Counted from the stretch's first letter, positions 25,177-39,303 are shown. The stretch: 64,000 bases of DNA from Octopus sinensis (GCF_006345805.1 NC_043003.1:115878001-115942000), one strand, 5' to 3'. The notes: generated from the sequence alone by a model not told the origin. A program made the numbers and translations.

Positions 25177-25829
25177 ACACTTGCTATAATGAAGCAATGT
25201 TTCCTTCAAAATTCGTATAACATTTTCAACCTATTTTGAAATCTAAAGCCACTTTTAGAGTGATTCATTTATAGGAACTGGACCAGTGTGTTTTAAGCTT
25301 CTTCCCCCAAGATCGAAACACATAGTTGAAGACTATTAAGGGCTTTAAAATCCATTTTGGATACATTGCTAGTGTCTCTAGTGAATTACAAGTGCATAAA
25401 AGTCCTGGGAGCTTTTATCCAAAATAAGGGCCATTCAACACCGCATACGAACCATTAAATTAATGTTCATCAATTAAAGTTCATTTGCTCTGGGTTTTCA
25501 AAGGGTGTTTTTTCTTTTTGTTAGCTTCAGATATTAATATATAGGTTCTGACTTCTTGTCTGTATGATAGAAACATCTCTTATTGGAATCGGCTTAGCAT
25601 TACCTAACGGATTATTCAGCATGATTTGACCATAGTTTTGTTTACTTAGAATTACATTTAGCCAAAAATTCATTGGAATTAAATGCAGAATATATAATCA
25701 GTATAATCCTGAATAGGTGAGAAAAACGACTGCACGTTGCTTATGATTTACAGAAAATATGTAATCGGATCGATGGCTGATCTGTGACGTCACTGCAGCT
25801 GCGAACGATCGTAATATCAATTAGACGCG

Positions 25830-26165
25830 GGCATAGCTGTGTGGTAAGAAGTTTGCTTGAGAATCACATGGTTCCGGGTTGCGTCCCACTAAGTGGCATT
25901 TTGGGCAAGTGTGATTTACTAAAAGGTAGGACCGACTACAGCCTGGTGATTAGATACGGTTGACGAAATGTGAAAGAGGAACGTCATATATGTGTGTATG
26001 TGTGTGTATGTTTATGTGTGACTTTGTGATCTATGTTTGTCCCCCACCACTGCTAGGTGACCGGTGTTCGTGTGTTTATGCCCCTGTAAATAACGAGTTT
26101 GTCAAAAGAGCCCGATAGAGTTGCAAGGCCTCAGTTTAATGACTGAAACCAGCAAAAGATAAAAG
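25830..26165 (+). mobile_element. Diverged SINE family B copy
   Basis: gctgtgtggtaagaagtttgc...catggttccggg...gactgaaaccagcaaaagataaaag. Confidence 0.65.
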
Positions 26166-26664
26166 ATCGATATCTGTCCGGTGACGTAACTGGAGCAGCA
26201 AAGTTCAGAATATCCAAGCACGTAACTCCGATTAGGTTTTGATCCATCGAAAATTCGAGATTCGAGTCTCTGCATGGATTAAGAGACATTTGTACAAAGC
26301 CTGACACCTTTACTTATCATTCATATTTTATATTTACAGTGATACATTAAAGGATATCCTAACGAGTTATGTTCACAAATACACACACACACACATACAC
26401 TCACGCACACATACACAGGCTGAACTTATCAACTAATTTCCATTTAGTATGGCATCATACTTTTCCAAACCAAATCACTGAATCATTATAGGCTTTTTAT
26501 TAAGGATTCTGTAACTGATACATATCTTTCGATGTGTTGCCATGTTCAAATTGAACAATTATTTTGACTGAACTGAAGAAAGCGGGTTTCTGAAATTATT
26601 ATCAACAGAAAAAAAAAAGAAAAGGAAAGTTAGAAGCTACAATTTTTTCCAAAATCTACAATGT

Positions 26665-27077
26665 AGGCGCAGGAGTGGCTGTGTGGTAAGTAGCTTGCTA
26701 ACCAACCACATGCTTCCGGGTTCAGTCCCACTGCGTGGCATCATGGGAAAGTGTCTTCTACTATAGCCTCGGGCCGACCAATGCCTTGTGAGTGGATTTG
26801 TTAGACGGAAACTGAAAGAAGCCTGTCGTATATATGTATATATATATATGTGTGTGTGTGTGTATGTGTGTGTTTGTGTGTTTGTCCCCCTAGCATTGCT
26901 TGACAACCGATGCCGGTGTGTTTACGTCCCCGTCACTTAGCGGTTCGGCAAAAGAGAATAAGTACTGGGCTTACAAAGAATAAGTCCCGGGGTCGTTTTG
27001 CTCGACTAAAGGTGGTGCTCCAGCATAGCCGCAGTCAAATGACTGAAACAAGTAAAAGAGTAAAAGAGTAAAAGAGT
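26665..27077 (+). mobile_element. SINE family B, full length, flanked by a 43-bp direct duplication
   Basis: Runs AGGCGCAGGAGTGG...(GTAAAAGA)n; 26620-26662 is repeated at 27078-27120. Confidence 0.9.
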
Positions 27078-27742
27078 AAAAGGAAAGTTAGAAGCTACAA
27101 GTTTTTCCAAAATCTACGATCTTTTTGTTACGTATCATGTATACAGTTTATACATCGATATTTAATATTTAAATCATTTTGTTTTGACGTATCGAATATA
27201 AACGCAACATCTCGTTCAGAGTTTGGATCTGATACTTCCAAGCGCTGACGGCTTTCTTAAAAGAAACGCATTACTGTCTCTCACAAAAATATGATTTTCA
27301 CTATTCCTGTTCTTGCGATAACCAGCGCGTTCTTTGAATGTTACCGTAAATCTCCATTGATATTCTGGTTTTACAATATTAGCATTATTCCTATTTGCTT
27401 CTGTGTTTGTGTGCGTGTGTATGTGTGTGTGTATTTGTGTGTGTACGGGTGTGTGTGTGTGTCTGTATATGTGTGTCTGTGTGTATCGCTGAATACTACT
27501 TCTCAAATTCTCCTATGAAATTCTATGCACAAAGTATTCCATGGACAAACTATCTTAAATTTTCATATCTACAAACTCATGAATAAATTCTGAACTACAG
27601 AAATAAGTGGATCAGATATCTGCCAAAACATATCTGTCGTTTGATGGATGTTATTCAACAGGGAATTGAAACCGGCTTCTGACCTATGCTTCTCAAGAAC
27701 TGTGCGATGCGATACACTTTTTCCTAAATAATTTTAATACTG

Positions 27743-27918
27743 TAGGGCGTGGAGCAGGCAGAATCATTAGTACACCAGACATAGTCCCTAGCAGCATTAC
27801 GTCTATCTCTACGTTTTGAGTTCAAATCCCGGCGAGGTCGACTTTGACTTTTATCCAGCTGAGTCATTGATTTACCCCCTCCACCATAATTGGTGTCGTT
27901 GTGCCAAAAATTTGAAAC
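27743..27918 (+). mobile_element. Diverged SINE A-related copy (alternative tail)
   Basis: gagttcaaatcccggcgaggtcgacttt, ending gtgccaaaaatttgaaac. Confidence 0.6.
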
Positions 27919-28115
27919 TATTAATATTGATATTATGCCATGCATTCATTTGATGGCTGATGAACTTTCTAGATAATTAGCTGCTGCATAAAACTGAGGC
28001 ATTCCATTATTTACTTCTCAACACCTTAAGGATGCAGGATTCATTATGACTTCATTTTAACAATTTACTCCCTATCAACTTCTGCACCCTGCCCTCTGTT
28101 TATATATATGTATAT

Positions 28116-28150
<35 letters not shown>

Positions 28151-28240
28151 TTGTATATGGCTGTAGATATATATGGATGGATATGTACGCTTATTCACAT
28201 GCACAAGCACAATAAACACACCTACACATAAACATATATA

Positions 28241-28473
28241 TATTTCTTTACTGCCCACAAGAAGCTAAACATAGAGGAGCCAAACAAGGATAGACAAAGA
28301 GTTTAAGTCGATTACATGGACCCCAGTGCGAAACTGGTACTTTATTTATCGACCCCTAAAGGATGAAAGGCAAAGTCGACCTCGGCGGAATTTGAACTCA
28401 GAACGCAACGACAGACGAACTACCGCTAAACATTTCGCCCGGTGCGCTAACATTTCTGCCAGCTCGCCTCCTT
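28241..28473 (-). mobile_element. SINE family A monomer
   Basis: Full-length match to family A; 3' end abuts (TA)n. Confidence 0.85.
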
Positions 28474-28689
28474 CATGCACAACCACTGTACAAACATTTC
28501 TATAGATATTCATAATTCATCTGATATTTCACACACACTGATATCAGTTTGAATTACACGATGAATTTATCAAATATAGTAAAATGCAAATAGAATAAGT
28601 AATTATTCCCGTGATTAGGTGCCTGAATGTGTGTGTGTGTGTATGTGTGTGAGTGTGTGTGTGTGTGTGGTGTGTGTGTGTGAATGTGC

Positions 28690-29098
28690 GAGTGAGTGAC
28701 TGAGTGAGTGAGTGATTGAGTGAGTGAGTGAAAGAGTGCGTGAGTGAGTGAGTGAATGAGCGAGTGAGTGAGTGAGTGAGTGAAAGAGTGCGTGAGTGAG
28801 TGAGTGAACAAGTGACTGAGTGAGTGAGTGATTGAGTGAGTGAAAGAGTGCGTGAGTGAGTGAGTGAATAAGTGAGTGAGTGAGTGAGTGATTGAGTGAG
28901 TGAGTGAAAGAGTGCGTGAGTGAGTGAGTGAATGTGCGAGTGAGTGAGTGAGTGAGAGAAAGAGTGCGTGAGTGAGTGAGTGAACAAGTGAGTGAGTGAG
29001 TGAGTGATTGAGTGATTGAGTGATTGAGTGAGTGAGTGAGTGAGTGAGTGAAAGAGTGCGTGAGTGAGTGAGTGAACGAGTGAGTGAGTGAGTGAGTA
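28690..29098. repeat. (GAGT)n-based higher-order minisatellite
   Basis: Recurring blocks GAGTGAAAGAGTGCGTGAGTGAGTGAGTGAA separated by GAGT/GATT runs. Confidence 0.85.
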
Positions 29099-29364
29099 TA
29101 CATGTGTATTGTGAAATATTTTGCGTGAATTTTCTGTGAATTTTCTGTTTATTTATTTGAATCAGGCAGGTATTTGCTACATCATTTACTACGGATATTG
29201 CATTATGGCATCCCGGATACATCGTTTATTGATGTTCAGTCAATTTGTCTTGCTGTCTCGTTTTACTTGACGGCCAAATGCTCAATGAGATCTTCCTTAG
29301 CAACCAACTGATAAAATATGAATCCGAATGCTGCTTCAAAAACATTTCGAAAGTAGATAACATA

Positions 29365-29530
29365 AGGGTTTCAAATGTTGGCGTAAAGCCAGAAATTTCT
29401 TTGTAAAGGTTAAGTTTATTACATCAACCCTACTGCTCAACTGGTACTTATTTTAGCGACCCTGTGCGGATGAAAGACAAAATCTAACTTTGTGGGACTT
29501 GAACTCATAACGTAAAGACGGGCGAAATAC
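29365..29530 (-). mobile_element. Diverged SINE A-related copy
   Basis: gggtttcaaat...ctggtactta...ggatgaaagacaaa...gaactcataacgtaaagac. Confidence 0.55.
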
Positions 29531-30066
29531 TACATTTATATGTTTACCATTTATATTTTTAAATTCTTAAGTCCTTCAAGGCAAAATCATGACCCATTTG
29601 ATAATACTCATAATAATACCTCAGTTCTAGTTTCCTTTCCATTCTCCATGATCATCAATTTACACCATTTAAATAACCGCATCGTTATCAACTTTCCGCT
29701 GTGGAACAGTTTTAATCATCTTCCAGTAACCTTACTCACCTAAGACGCGTATCTTTGGTCACAATTTACGATCTTTCTTTTCTTTTCATTTAAAAAGGAA
29801 GCTGTGGCTGGAGAAGAAGTGTCTGTCGGAGTGTACGTTCCAAAATGATGGAAGCATGTTGCACAAGTGTTGGGCATGCAAGGAACCGTGTGAATAGACT
29901 GGTCAAAAGGAAAATATAAAATGGTACCAGCGGTAGATCGGGGCTTGTGGGGTCGGAGCGTGACCTGATCATCGCTTCATTTGTATTGCCTTTTGTATTG
30001 TTTATTTCTTTCAATTTTTATATATTGTATTAAATTTAAAAACCATATTATATGTTAACTTATACC

Positions 30067-30476
30067 TATTTCTTTATTATCCACCAGGGGCTAAACACAG
30101 AGGGGACAAATAAGGACAGACATAGGTATTAAGTCGATTACAGCGACCCCAGTGCGTAACTGGTACTTAATTTATCGGCTCCGATCGGATGAAAGGCAAA
30201 GTCGACCTCGGCGCAATTTGAACTCAGAACGTAAACACAGACGAAATACCTATTTCTTTACTACCCACAAGGGGCTAAACACAGAGGGGACAAACAAGGA
30301 CAGACATAGGTATTAAGTCGATTACATCGACCCCAGTGCGAAACTGGTACTTAATTTATCGACCCCGAAAGGATGAAACGCAACGTCGACCTCGGCGGAA
30401 TTTGAACTCACAACGTAACGGCAGACGAAATACCGCTAAGCATTTCGCCCGGAGTGCTATGCCAGCTCGCCGCCTT
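30067..30476 (-). mobile_element. SINE family A tandem dimer with ~14-15-bp TSD
   Basis: Units 30067-30250 and 30251-30434; flanks ATGTTAACTTATACC (30052-30066) and ATGTAAACTATACC (30477-30490). Confidence 0.9.
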
Positions 30477-31307
30477 ATGTAAACTATACCGTTTCACTGA
30501 TCCCATCAGTTGTTTTGTCCAATTCTATGTTTGGCTCCTAGTGGATAATAAAGAAATTGAAAAGATCATACGATCCTATTCTATGAAGCTAACTGATACA
30601 AAACTTAGAAACCCGATGTTATTATTATTATTATTTTTATTATTGATTAAGTCAAAAGAGTCGTTCCTCCTTTATCTCAGTAAGCAGAAGTCAGGTCTTC
30701 TTTCAATTGCCAATTAATACTTTTTTCAAGGAACTTCTTAAAGCGATTTGTATTTTGTTTGGCCTCAAAACTTTCTTCTCTTCAATAACATCTGTAGTAT
30801 TTGCTCTGATGTACAGAAGTTGGAGGATTCTGCTTAAGTTGTATGTTTTTACCTGAACTATGTTCTCCTACCATATCTCCAACCTTTATAACTGGGTTTT
30901 AGGATACTCCGACACAACACTGCCGGAAGTGTAGTTCTGGACGTAAATCTGCAATGTATACGGCCATATGTATACGGCCAATGTATACGGCCATATTGAT
31001 TTTGCACAAGCGATAACGATCTATATCACAACTATATCATTTTAACTCTTGCACAGCCTCTGCCTCTCTAGCGATAGACATGCATATACCACCCTTTTCC
31101 CCTGCGTTTGCTCTAGAAAATAGAGTTGTATTGTACACAATAACGAAGAACTTTCCTTGTCCAAGGGTTTAATCTGACATTTTTACTTCTTCAGCAAATA
31201 GCCGCACTCTACAATTATACGATATTGCTGCTCCAGTTGCTGTTGTTGGTGTCATCTTTGCTATATTGCATAAGATCTGTGATGATCATAGCACTACTAC
31301 AACTAGA

Positions 31308-31360
<53 letters not shown>

Positions 31361-31384
31361 CACAATTCTGTGCAATGGGGCAGT

Positions 31385-31577
31385 AATATTGAATTTCAAA
31401 TTTTTGGTACGAAGCTAGCAATGTCGAGGGAGGGGATAAGTCGATTAAATGGAAACCAGTATTGAACTGGTATTATAATATCAACTCCGAAAGGATTAAA
31501 GGCAACGTCGACCTCGATGGAGTTTGAACTCAGGGCGTTTAGACCGCGTAATAACGATTCTGCCAGCCCACTGCTTT
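31385..31577 (-). mobile_element. Diverged SINE A-related copy
   Basis: ataagtcgatta...aaaggcaacgtcgacctcg...gtttgaactcag...ctgccagc. Confidence 0.55.
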
Positions 31578-32183
31578 GAGTGGGACAGTGATGTCGCTAG
31601 TGGTTCTCTCTTTCCTGATGCAGCGGTCATTTAACTGCTAAAACTTTTTCACTGTATTTGACATTATCCATGATGCTGCTCTTGTGATTTCTGTTCTCTC
31701 TGTTTAATGTTGTTGTTGCTGTTGTGTTTGAGTTGATGCTGCTGTTAATATTTAATTATTACTCGACTTGTCAATGCTACGAATACCTCGATTGCTGCTG
31801 ACGGGTTTTTTTAGGATGAAAGTGGTCTCTTTTGGTAGACCTCGACCAGAAGTGGCATGTTCACTTCATGCCGTCCAATTTATGGACAAGCAGAAGCAAT
31901 CGTTCAAATTGCTCTTGTGATATGAAAATAAAAAAACTGTTCCGGAATGTTGCACCGTGAGAGATTAGCAAAACTAACACGACGGGTGTGTCTACAATCC
32001 TGGTCGACTTAAAACCAAAAGGAAAGCCAAAAATATACCAGATGCAAACAATGGGAACAACAAAAAGAAATTAACTTAGTTTGATGCTAAACCACGTCAA
32101 CTGCGGCAAATGACATTAATAGCAATGAGGATAACAATGACGATGGCAACGATGATGATGATGATCATCATCCTCATCATCAT

Positions 32184-32226
<43 letters not shown>

Positions 32227-32230
<4 letters not shown>

Positions 32231-32453
32231 CAGTAATTGTCGGAGCCCTGGGAACAGTGATCAAAAATCTTGAGATGTACATGGAACAAATAAGGGCTGC
32301 GATAAGAGTGGAGTACTTACAGAAAACAGCACTGATTGGAACGCCTCGAATACTCCGAAAGGTGCTCGAAAAATAAGAGGTGTTACCTTAGTTCACTGGT
32401 AGTGAACGGCTGACGCTGTAGCACATCTCCAGCGTTAGAAGCTGTGCAAAGAC
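32227..32453 (+). mobile_element. R4/Dong-like non-LTR retrotransposon 3' fragment (end of restriction-like endonuclease region + 3' UTR)
   Basis: IPVIVGALGTV...YLQKTALIGTPRILRKVLE*; (AAT)n on both sides. Confidence 0.75.
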
Positions 32454-33354
32454 AATAATAATAATAACTTAGAAAATGATTATTTTAAAATCTTACAAGG
32501 AGAGATATTCAGCAACACTAGTTTGGAGTAAAGATTTTTGCCAACATAACATGGCAGACAGAACGGTGAAGCTAGCAACCCCCCACTCAGCTCAAAACAA
32601 TATCTGTGTATCGCGATTTCCGGGTTTCTTTATCAGCACAGAATAATTGTTTAAAAATATAAGGACACAGACCGTGTCGTGTATCCAGCTCGAAATGAGT
32701 CTCCTGGGGTTAAATTACAGCAACATTCGTTCTAAACCAGGACTGCCATGCTATGTTGGCAAACAATTTTTACTCAAGTAATAATAACGTTAATCATAAT
32801 CATAATGGCTGTACAATTTTTTTAAAATAATTACACATTAATTTTAGTCTGGGATTTTACTGTTTTTCTAATCGTAGATCTTAACATTGACAAGAATAAT
32901 AAACTTGACAGTTCGACCTATTTTACTAAAATACACATTTCTGTGTTTTAGATTTTCTTTGCATTTCTCATATTTAAAGAGAATCAGCGGAGAAAATTTG
33001 TGAATATATTTGACTTACGAAAGTTCTTTTTGTTGTTCAATATTTTAACTATCTTTTCTTGTTTGTTTGTTTTTCATTCATGTGTGTTTTCAAGTAGGCT
33101 ATTTTTTGTCTTCCTTCGTTCTTACCAAAACAGTTTCAAGATTTGACATTTATACCTAAACTTTGGGGCAACTCTACTCGTCGTCTCATTCGCAATTCCA
33201 GTACAGAATCTCCAAAGTATCAGTTACAGTGCTTCTGTTATTATTCATACCCACATTCTCTCGCCAACTATACACACACATATACACAAAAATACTCATG
33301 CACACACAAAAACACAACAAAACGTATATGTGTGTATATACACAAATATAAACG

Positions 33355-33487
33355 TATACATATCCATATATACATACATACATATATATATATATATTTA
33401 AATATATACATATATATATATTTAAATAAATATATATATATATATTATATATATACGTATATATATCTATATATAATATAATGTGTG

Positions 33488-33533
<46 letters not shown>

Positions 33534-33577
33534 CGTGTATATATATATATAACGTATATAGATATATATATATATAT

Positions 33578-33620
<43 letters not shown>

Positions 33621-33629
33621 TAGTATATA

Positions 33630-33710
<81 letters not shown>
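33355..33710. repeat. Long imperfect (TA)n tract, one of many in the window
   Basis: Seen directly; source of the YI-repeat ORFs in the track. Confidence 0.95.
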
Positions 33711-33712
<2 letters not shown>

Positions 33713-34301
33713 CTATTCAGTTTCAGAGGAATTGCACTTTTAAAGATGTGCTTGTCACATCGCCTAAGTTATTTAGGTGGAAATGAAAGCTTGACATACC
33801 AAATTGGTTTGGACAGCACTGCTGTAGAGCAGGCATAGAAATTCTCACAAAATTACTCACACACAAACTTGAAGAGACTCTCTCTCTCTCTCTCTCTCGC
33901 TTCTCTTTCTCTTTCTCTCACACACACCCAAATATACACACACGTGCATACTCGCATATATGTATATATATAGAACGATATATATGTATACATACATATA
34001 TATGTATATGTACATTTACATCTATATATGTATATATACATCCATCCACACACATATATACAACATAGAAAAAACCATTCAAATTATTTTCACTATACTT
34101 ACATGAGAATGAAAGTATACGTATGAGGATAAAAGCGTATATCTATAACACTATGTGCACACACACACATACATACTCACACACACACACACATATATAT
34201 ATATAAAGAGGAATTGAGAGAGATAAAGAGAAAGATACATAAATAGATGATATACATACACATTCACACATTAATATATATCCAGTTATACACACACATA
34301 C

Positions 34302-34337
<36 letters not shown>

Positions 34338-34472
34338 CATGTATTTATTTGGGTATCTGCATATATTGTATATGGCCGCAGTCAAAATGAGCGAAACAGT
34401 AACAAAATAGAAGTGTGTGTGTGCGAATATATATATATGTATATATATATATGTATGTATATGTACGTAATA

Positions 34473-34514
<42 letters not shown>

Positions 34515-36169
34515 TATATATGTATATTATATTATATATATATATATGTATGTTATATATATATGTATAATATATATATATACATATACATTATAATGTT
34601 ATGTATATGTAATATATATATAACTATCTATATTGTCTGTATATGTATGTATGATGTATGTATGTATGTATGTATGTATATTTATGGACGTATGTATTTC
34701 TATGAATAAACATATATATGTATCCGTAGATGCTTATATGTTTGAAAGTTTCTGTATCGCTTTCCACAACGGGTTCGGTGATATAATTGTTTTGGCAACG
34801 ATAGTATTCTTTAGAATTTTGGCCAGTTTTAGCAGGGATTAGTACAGTTTCAGGAACCGAAAAACGTTTGACGTGTCACGTCTTATGTATGTATCCCCGT
34901 ATGTACGTATGAGTGAATATATGTGCGTGCGTGCGCGCGTGTGCGCGTGTGTGTGTGTATACATTTATGTGTGTGTGTACATATATGTCTCTGAGTGTGT
35001 ATTTAGATATACATATCTATGTGTGTATAAATGTATAGTCTTATTACAATTACACATGTAGATTTATATATACATTTATACACACATAGGACACGTGGCT
35101 TATTGGTTTGGTTGCTGCACGTGGGATCACGGTTTCAGTTCCCAGAAGGAGTTGTGCGTTGAGTTCTAGAGTAAAACGCTTCATCTCACGTTGTTCTACT
35201 ATAACATCGACATCTGACGAATGGAACAACGTGCACCTGTTCGGTACCACTGACCCGATGGAGGGAATGAGGTAAGGGCCAGAACACTACTGGCGTGTCC
35301 CGAAGCACCTTCGGCAGAAGTTGTGCCACTGAAGTTAGAAACTGTTGGCCCTTCCCATGCTAAGGATTAGGAATTTGTGATCCTCTTCCATAAGAGAGGG
35401 TCGTTGGAAAGCTTCGTTAAGAAGTTTAAAAAGAAAGGCCGGAGAGAACGGTTTCTATCCTGCACTGATTGGCCTTCGCAGTTGGCTACAGAGGTCATAT
35501 GGGAGACCGATTTCTGCAGGGTGATAAACTCCTTCCACGAGAACACGTTTAAATCTATTTTAAAATGGCCCGACTTGGCACCGTCCACGTGCTTAACTGA
35601 GGCGTGGAGCCTGGTCGGGCATGAAAGTTCAAAATAGAGGTAAGAGGCTTAGTGCCTCATTTTTGTTATTGAATTAAGAAAATGTTAGAGGTCTGTTGCC
35701 TCGTAAAGGAATTTTGGTAATGAATTGTGAAAACTGTAAGAGGTTTCTTGACTTGTGAATGAAATTATTATTCCATGCAAGGCCTTTATGGCCAATATAA
35801 TGAATAAAAGGTGCAGAACATGCATTTAATCACTCTAAAAATAATTTGCACAGGTCGATTGTGAAACTCGTTGTCGACTACAGAGTCTATCATCTATGTA
35901 CGTAAAAACATGCGTATGATCACATGTGTGTGTGTGTGTGTGTGTGTCTGTGTGTGTGTGTACAAAAGCTTTTCCACAAGACAATAACTATGAGTTAATA
36001 TTAGGCACCATTCAGAGTATCCAGCAGGAAGCTACCTCCTTACACACACACACACACACACACTTCTATTCTTTTATTAAGGGTAAGCACCCCCAACAAC
36101 GGTCGGGCTCTTTTAGACAAGGTTCAAACTTGCCGTTCGCACTACACCAAGTCCCTAGCCCCTAAGCAT

Positions 36170-37090
36170 CTCGTCCACCGTAATTGCGAATAAAAACAAG
36201 CTCTATATCCCAATAGCGGATTTTTGTAAGTATAATGAGGGACATATTCTGCATGTGCCACCAAACGGAATTGGAGCGGCACATACAGCACTTCGTCCAC
36301 CGCATGCAGTTCTCTGGATACAGTCAAAGAGATCTGACCAGGATGTACAAAGGAGCCATTGTTAAATTCATGGACAGCTTGCAGAATGACGCAAACAGAA
36401 TTTTCCGCTATAGAGAAGCAAATAATGAACAGCATAGACAGAACTAAAAAGATACGCATGGCGAACTCATGGTAAGGCAGACAAAAATAACAGCGTGCAA
36501 TAATCGTCACCTGGAAGCGAACACATGTACCAGTTTAGAAAATACTTATGTAACGTGAATCTACAGAGGAACGTTTTGGGAATACGATGCATCGCAGTAA
36601 AATCTCTGATCTGAAGAATAAATTTTGAGAAGAACCCTATAGGCATAGAAATTGTATACTTTGTAGACTAAGCCCACGGATAAACTGCAAATCCAGAAAT
36701 TCAGTCTATAGTATAAGACGTGCATAAAGATGCAGCAGAAACATGAGAGCGGCGTATAATGAAACGACAGCCCGTAGCATAGGTGAGAGGATAATTGACC
36801 GCTGGTAGGATCTACAGAAGATTAATTAAGTATTAACTACATATGACTATGTTAAAAACATGTTTAGAACCAAACAAGAAGAATGTTTTAGTTCTCAAGA
36901 CAAAACCTGCTAAGTGTTATAACGACAAGGTAAATTGCAGCATGAGATTTCGGTAGATAACATAGATGTTAGAATCTTATCGACATACAGAAAAGACATG
37001 AAGCTGAGACAGATTACGCAAGCCATACACATACGAAAAATAGAGCAAGCTTCAACAGAAAACGTGAATGCCGTAACCCAATCCACTCCA
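36170..37090 (+). mobile_element. Decayed Penelope-like element (RT thumb region + GIY-YIG endonuclease)
   Basis: HFVHRMQFSGYSQ...FRYRE; C-x2-C...NSVYSI...AYNETTARSIGERI; VRILSTYRKDMKLRQITQAIHI. Confidence 0.7.
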
Positions 37091-37104
37091 GCACATGATG
37101 AAGT

Positions 37105-37428
37105 GGTATGGGTTTTCCACGAGGTTCCAGATGTTCCGATCAACGAAACTCCCTGCTCGTGAAATTAACATGCTAGTGGCTGACCACTCCACTCACACAT
37201 GTACTCTTAACGTAGTTCTCAAAGATAACTACGTCACACAACATCACACATAACATGACGAGGTTGGACATTTGATATACAGGTGCAAATCATTTTGGCC
37301 AGCTGAGTGAACTGAAGCAACATTAAATAGAGCGCCTTGCTCAAGAAGACAACACACTACCATGAATCGAACTCATGTCATTACGATCGTGAGACGATGG
37401 CCCTAAGCACCAAGCCACGCGCCTTCGC
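37105..37428 (-). mobile_element. Diverged tRNA-derived SINE, body C + tail 2
   Basis: ccctgctcgtgaaattaac (reverse of tail 2), then gctgagtgaactg...cttgctcaagaa...aagccacgcgccttc. Confidence 0.6.
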
Positions 37429-39041
37429 TGTTAAGCTGCAAATCGCTCTTTAAGGCAGTAGATTATGCTTTGCGGTGATTTAGATGTGGTTTAGGCGTAA
37501 GAGATTGCTTTCGATAGATAGACGAACATTGTTTAAACAAGAGAAATGGACTGAAAATTGCTCAAAATTAATCCATATTTCATAATTTACTGTTGTATCG
37601 GCTGAAAATGCATACGGGCGTGTCTGAAACTTGAACTTATATCATTAAGCATTGAAACTGATATTGCCAGTTGTTTTTCAGTATTATTCTAACAGCTTAT
37701 CCACGGTTTTCTCGCGCTGAATATTTCCGTACAAAACAGAGAGAGAGAGAGAGCGTAAGTAAATAAAGGAATAAATAAAATAAATATTTTGTATAATTGG
37801 GAGAGGACGAAAGATTGTGAATTAGTGAGTGAACAAGACAGAGGGAGAGAGAGGGAGAAAGAGAGAGGGAGAGAGAGAGAGGAAGATGATGAAGAAGAAG
37901 AAAGAGTGACATGACTTTAAGTATCCAATCATTTTCAATTGAAGCATCTATACGGTGTCCGGTTAGTCGAAAATGTCATATTATATCCATCTTGTACACT
38001 AAGGAAATAACATAAGGAAATAAATTACAACGTCCGGTCTTCATAGAGAAATTGAGATGATACACATCTGGGGATTTGCTTTAGATTCGTCTTGTCACAG
38101 AATTGTAAAGGCATGTTGCTGACGTTAGTTGTTGGTTCAGTAAATTGAACAAGATAGTCTCGTACTGGACAGAGCCGTAATTACAGGAGAGTAATTGAGT
38201 ATTAACTACAAATGACTATCTTAATACCATGTTCAGAACCAAACAAGAAAACATGCTTGTTTAAATTCTTAAGAATGAGGGACTGGAAAATACAACAACA
38301 ACTAAACAAATAATAATATTCTGGTTCCGAGAATATATGATATTATGTTCCATCTTATAAACTGGTCAGAGATACTAGCATCCGTCAGTTCGTCGACGTG
38401 CAACGAAGAGCGTCGAGAGGACTCGTCAATGTCCGTATCTAAATAGAATTTGAATAAGTCGTTATGTAAATATTGAATCAGTATAAACAACAGACCATGT
38501 GAAATGTTTAGTGGTCTCCAAACTACGACAAAAGTATTAAGCCAATGGATTCTAACAGGCATATTTATTTTCATTACGCGAATTACACACGAAAATAGAA
38601 AGTCGCACGAATTCTAAGCTTGCACATGTGACCGTACAAACCCAGACACACGCACCTACTCACATACAAAAATGCCTTTATGCACACGCACACACCGACA
38701 CACAGACATACACACACACACACACACACATGTATGTATACAGGTATATACGTGTATGTATGCGTGTATATATATATATAAATTCATGTTGTTTGCTGCA
38801 TGACTAATGTAGGATAAAACGGACGAGCGTTTGGTCCAAAACATGTCGACAATCTCATGTTGCCACATTAAATGAATGGATGTTGTCAGAATTTGATGAA
38901 ATGTTTGTAAAGTGCAGCAGATCTCTATGTAGTGTATGTCGTAAGGTAAGACTAAAAATGGGAACAACTTCGATCAAAAGCAATAATAATAATAATAGTA
39001 ATAATGATAATAATAATAATATTAATAATAATAATAATAAT

Positions 39042-39080
<39 letters not shown>

Positions 39081-39081
<1 letters not shown>

Positions 39082-39302
39082 TGGGAACTGCTCATATCCT
39101 ACGCAAAATACTTTCTATGTAATCTCAAGGTTTAAATCAAAAATTTTTTTTTATTAGACATTCACTAGTACAACACAAAAAAAAACAAATATAGGGCACA
39201 CTAGGCATAACAACAACATGAACTTCCAACCTGTTGTCTCTTGAAATCTCTGGGTGAGACTTGGAGCCAACTTGTACAAATATAAAGCATAATTCAAACA
39301 TA

Positions 39303-39303
<1 letters not shown>
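39081..39303 (+). mobile_element. R4/Dong-like extreme 3' fragment
   Basis: MGTAHILRKILSM* then a UTR; (AAT)n on both sides. Confidence 0.65.

Noticed and set aside
28544-29222. Long His/Ser/Leu/Thr-rich ORFs (up to 222 aa)
   Set aside because: Translation of the (GAGT)n minisatellite; no splice or codon evidence.
35100-35640. GC-richer island as a gene or assignable transposase
   Set aside because: Only faint resemblance to LINE ORF2 linker sequence; no diagnostic motif, so left unannotated.
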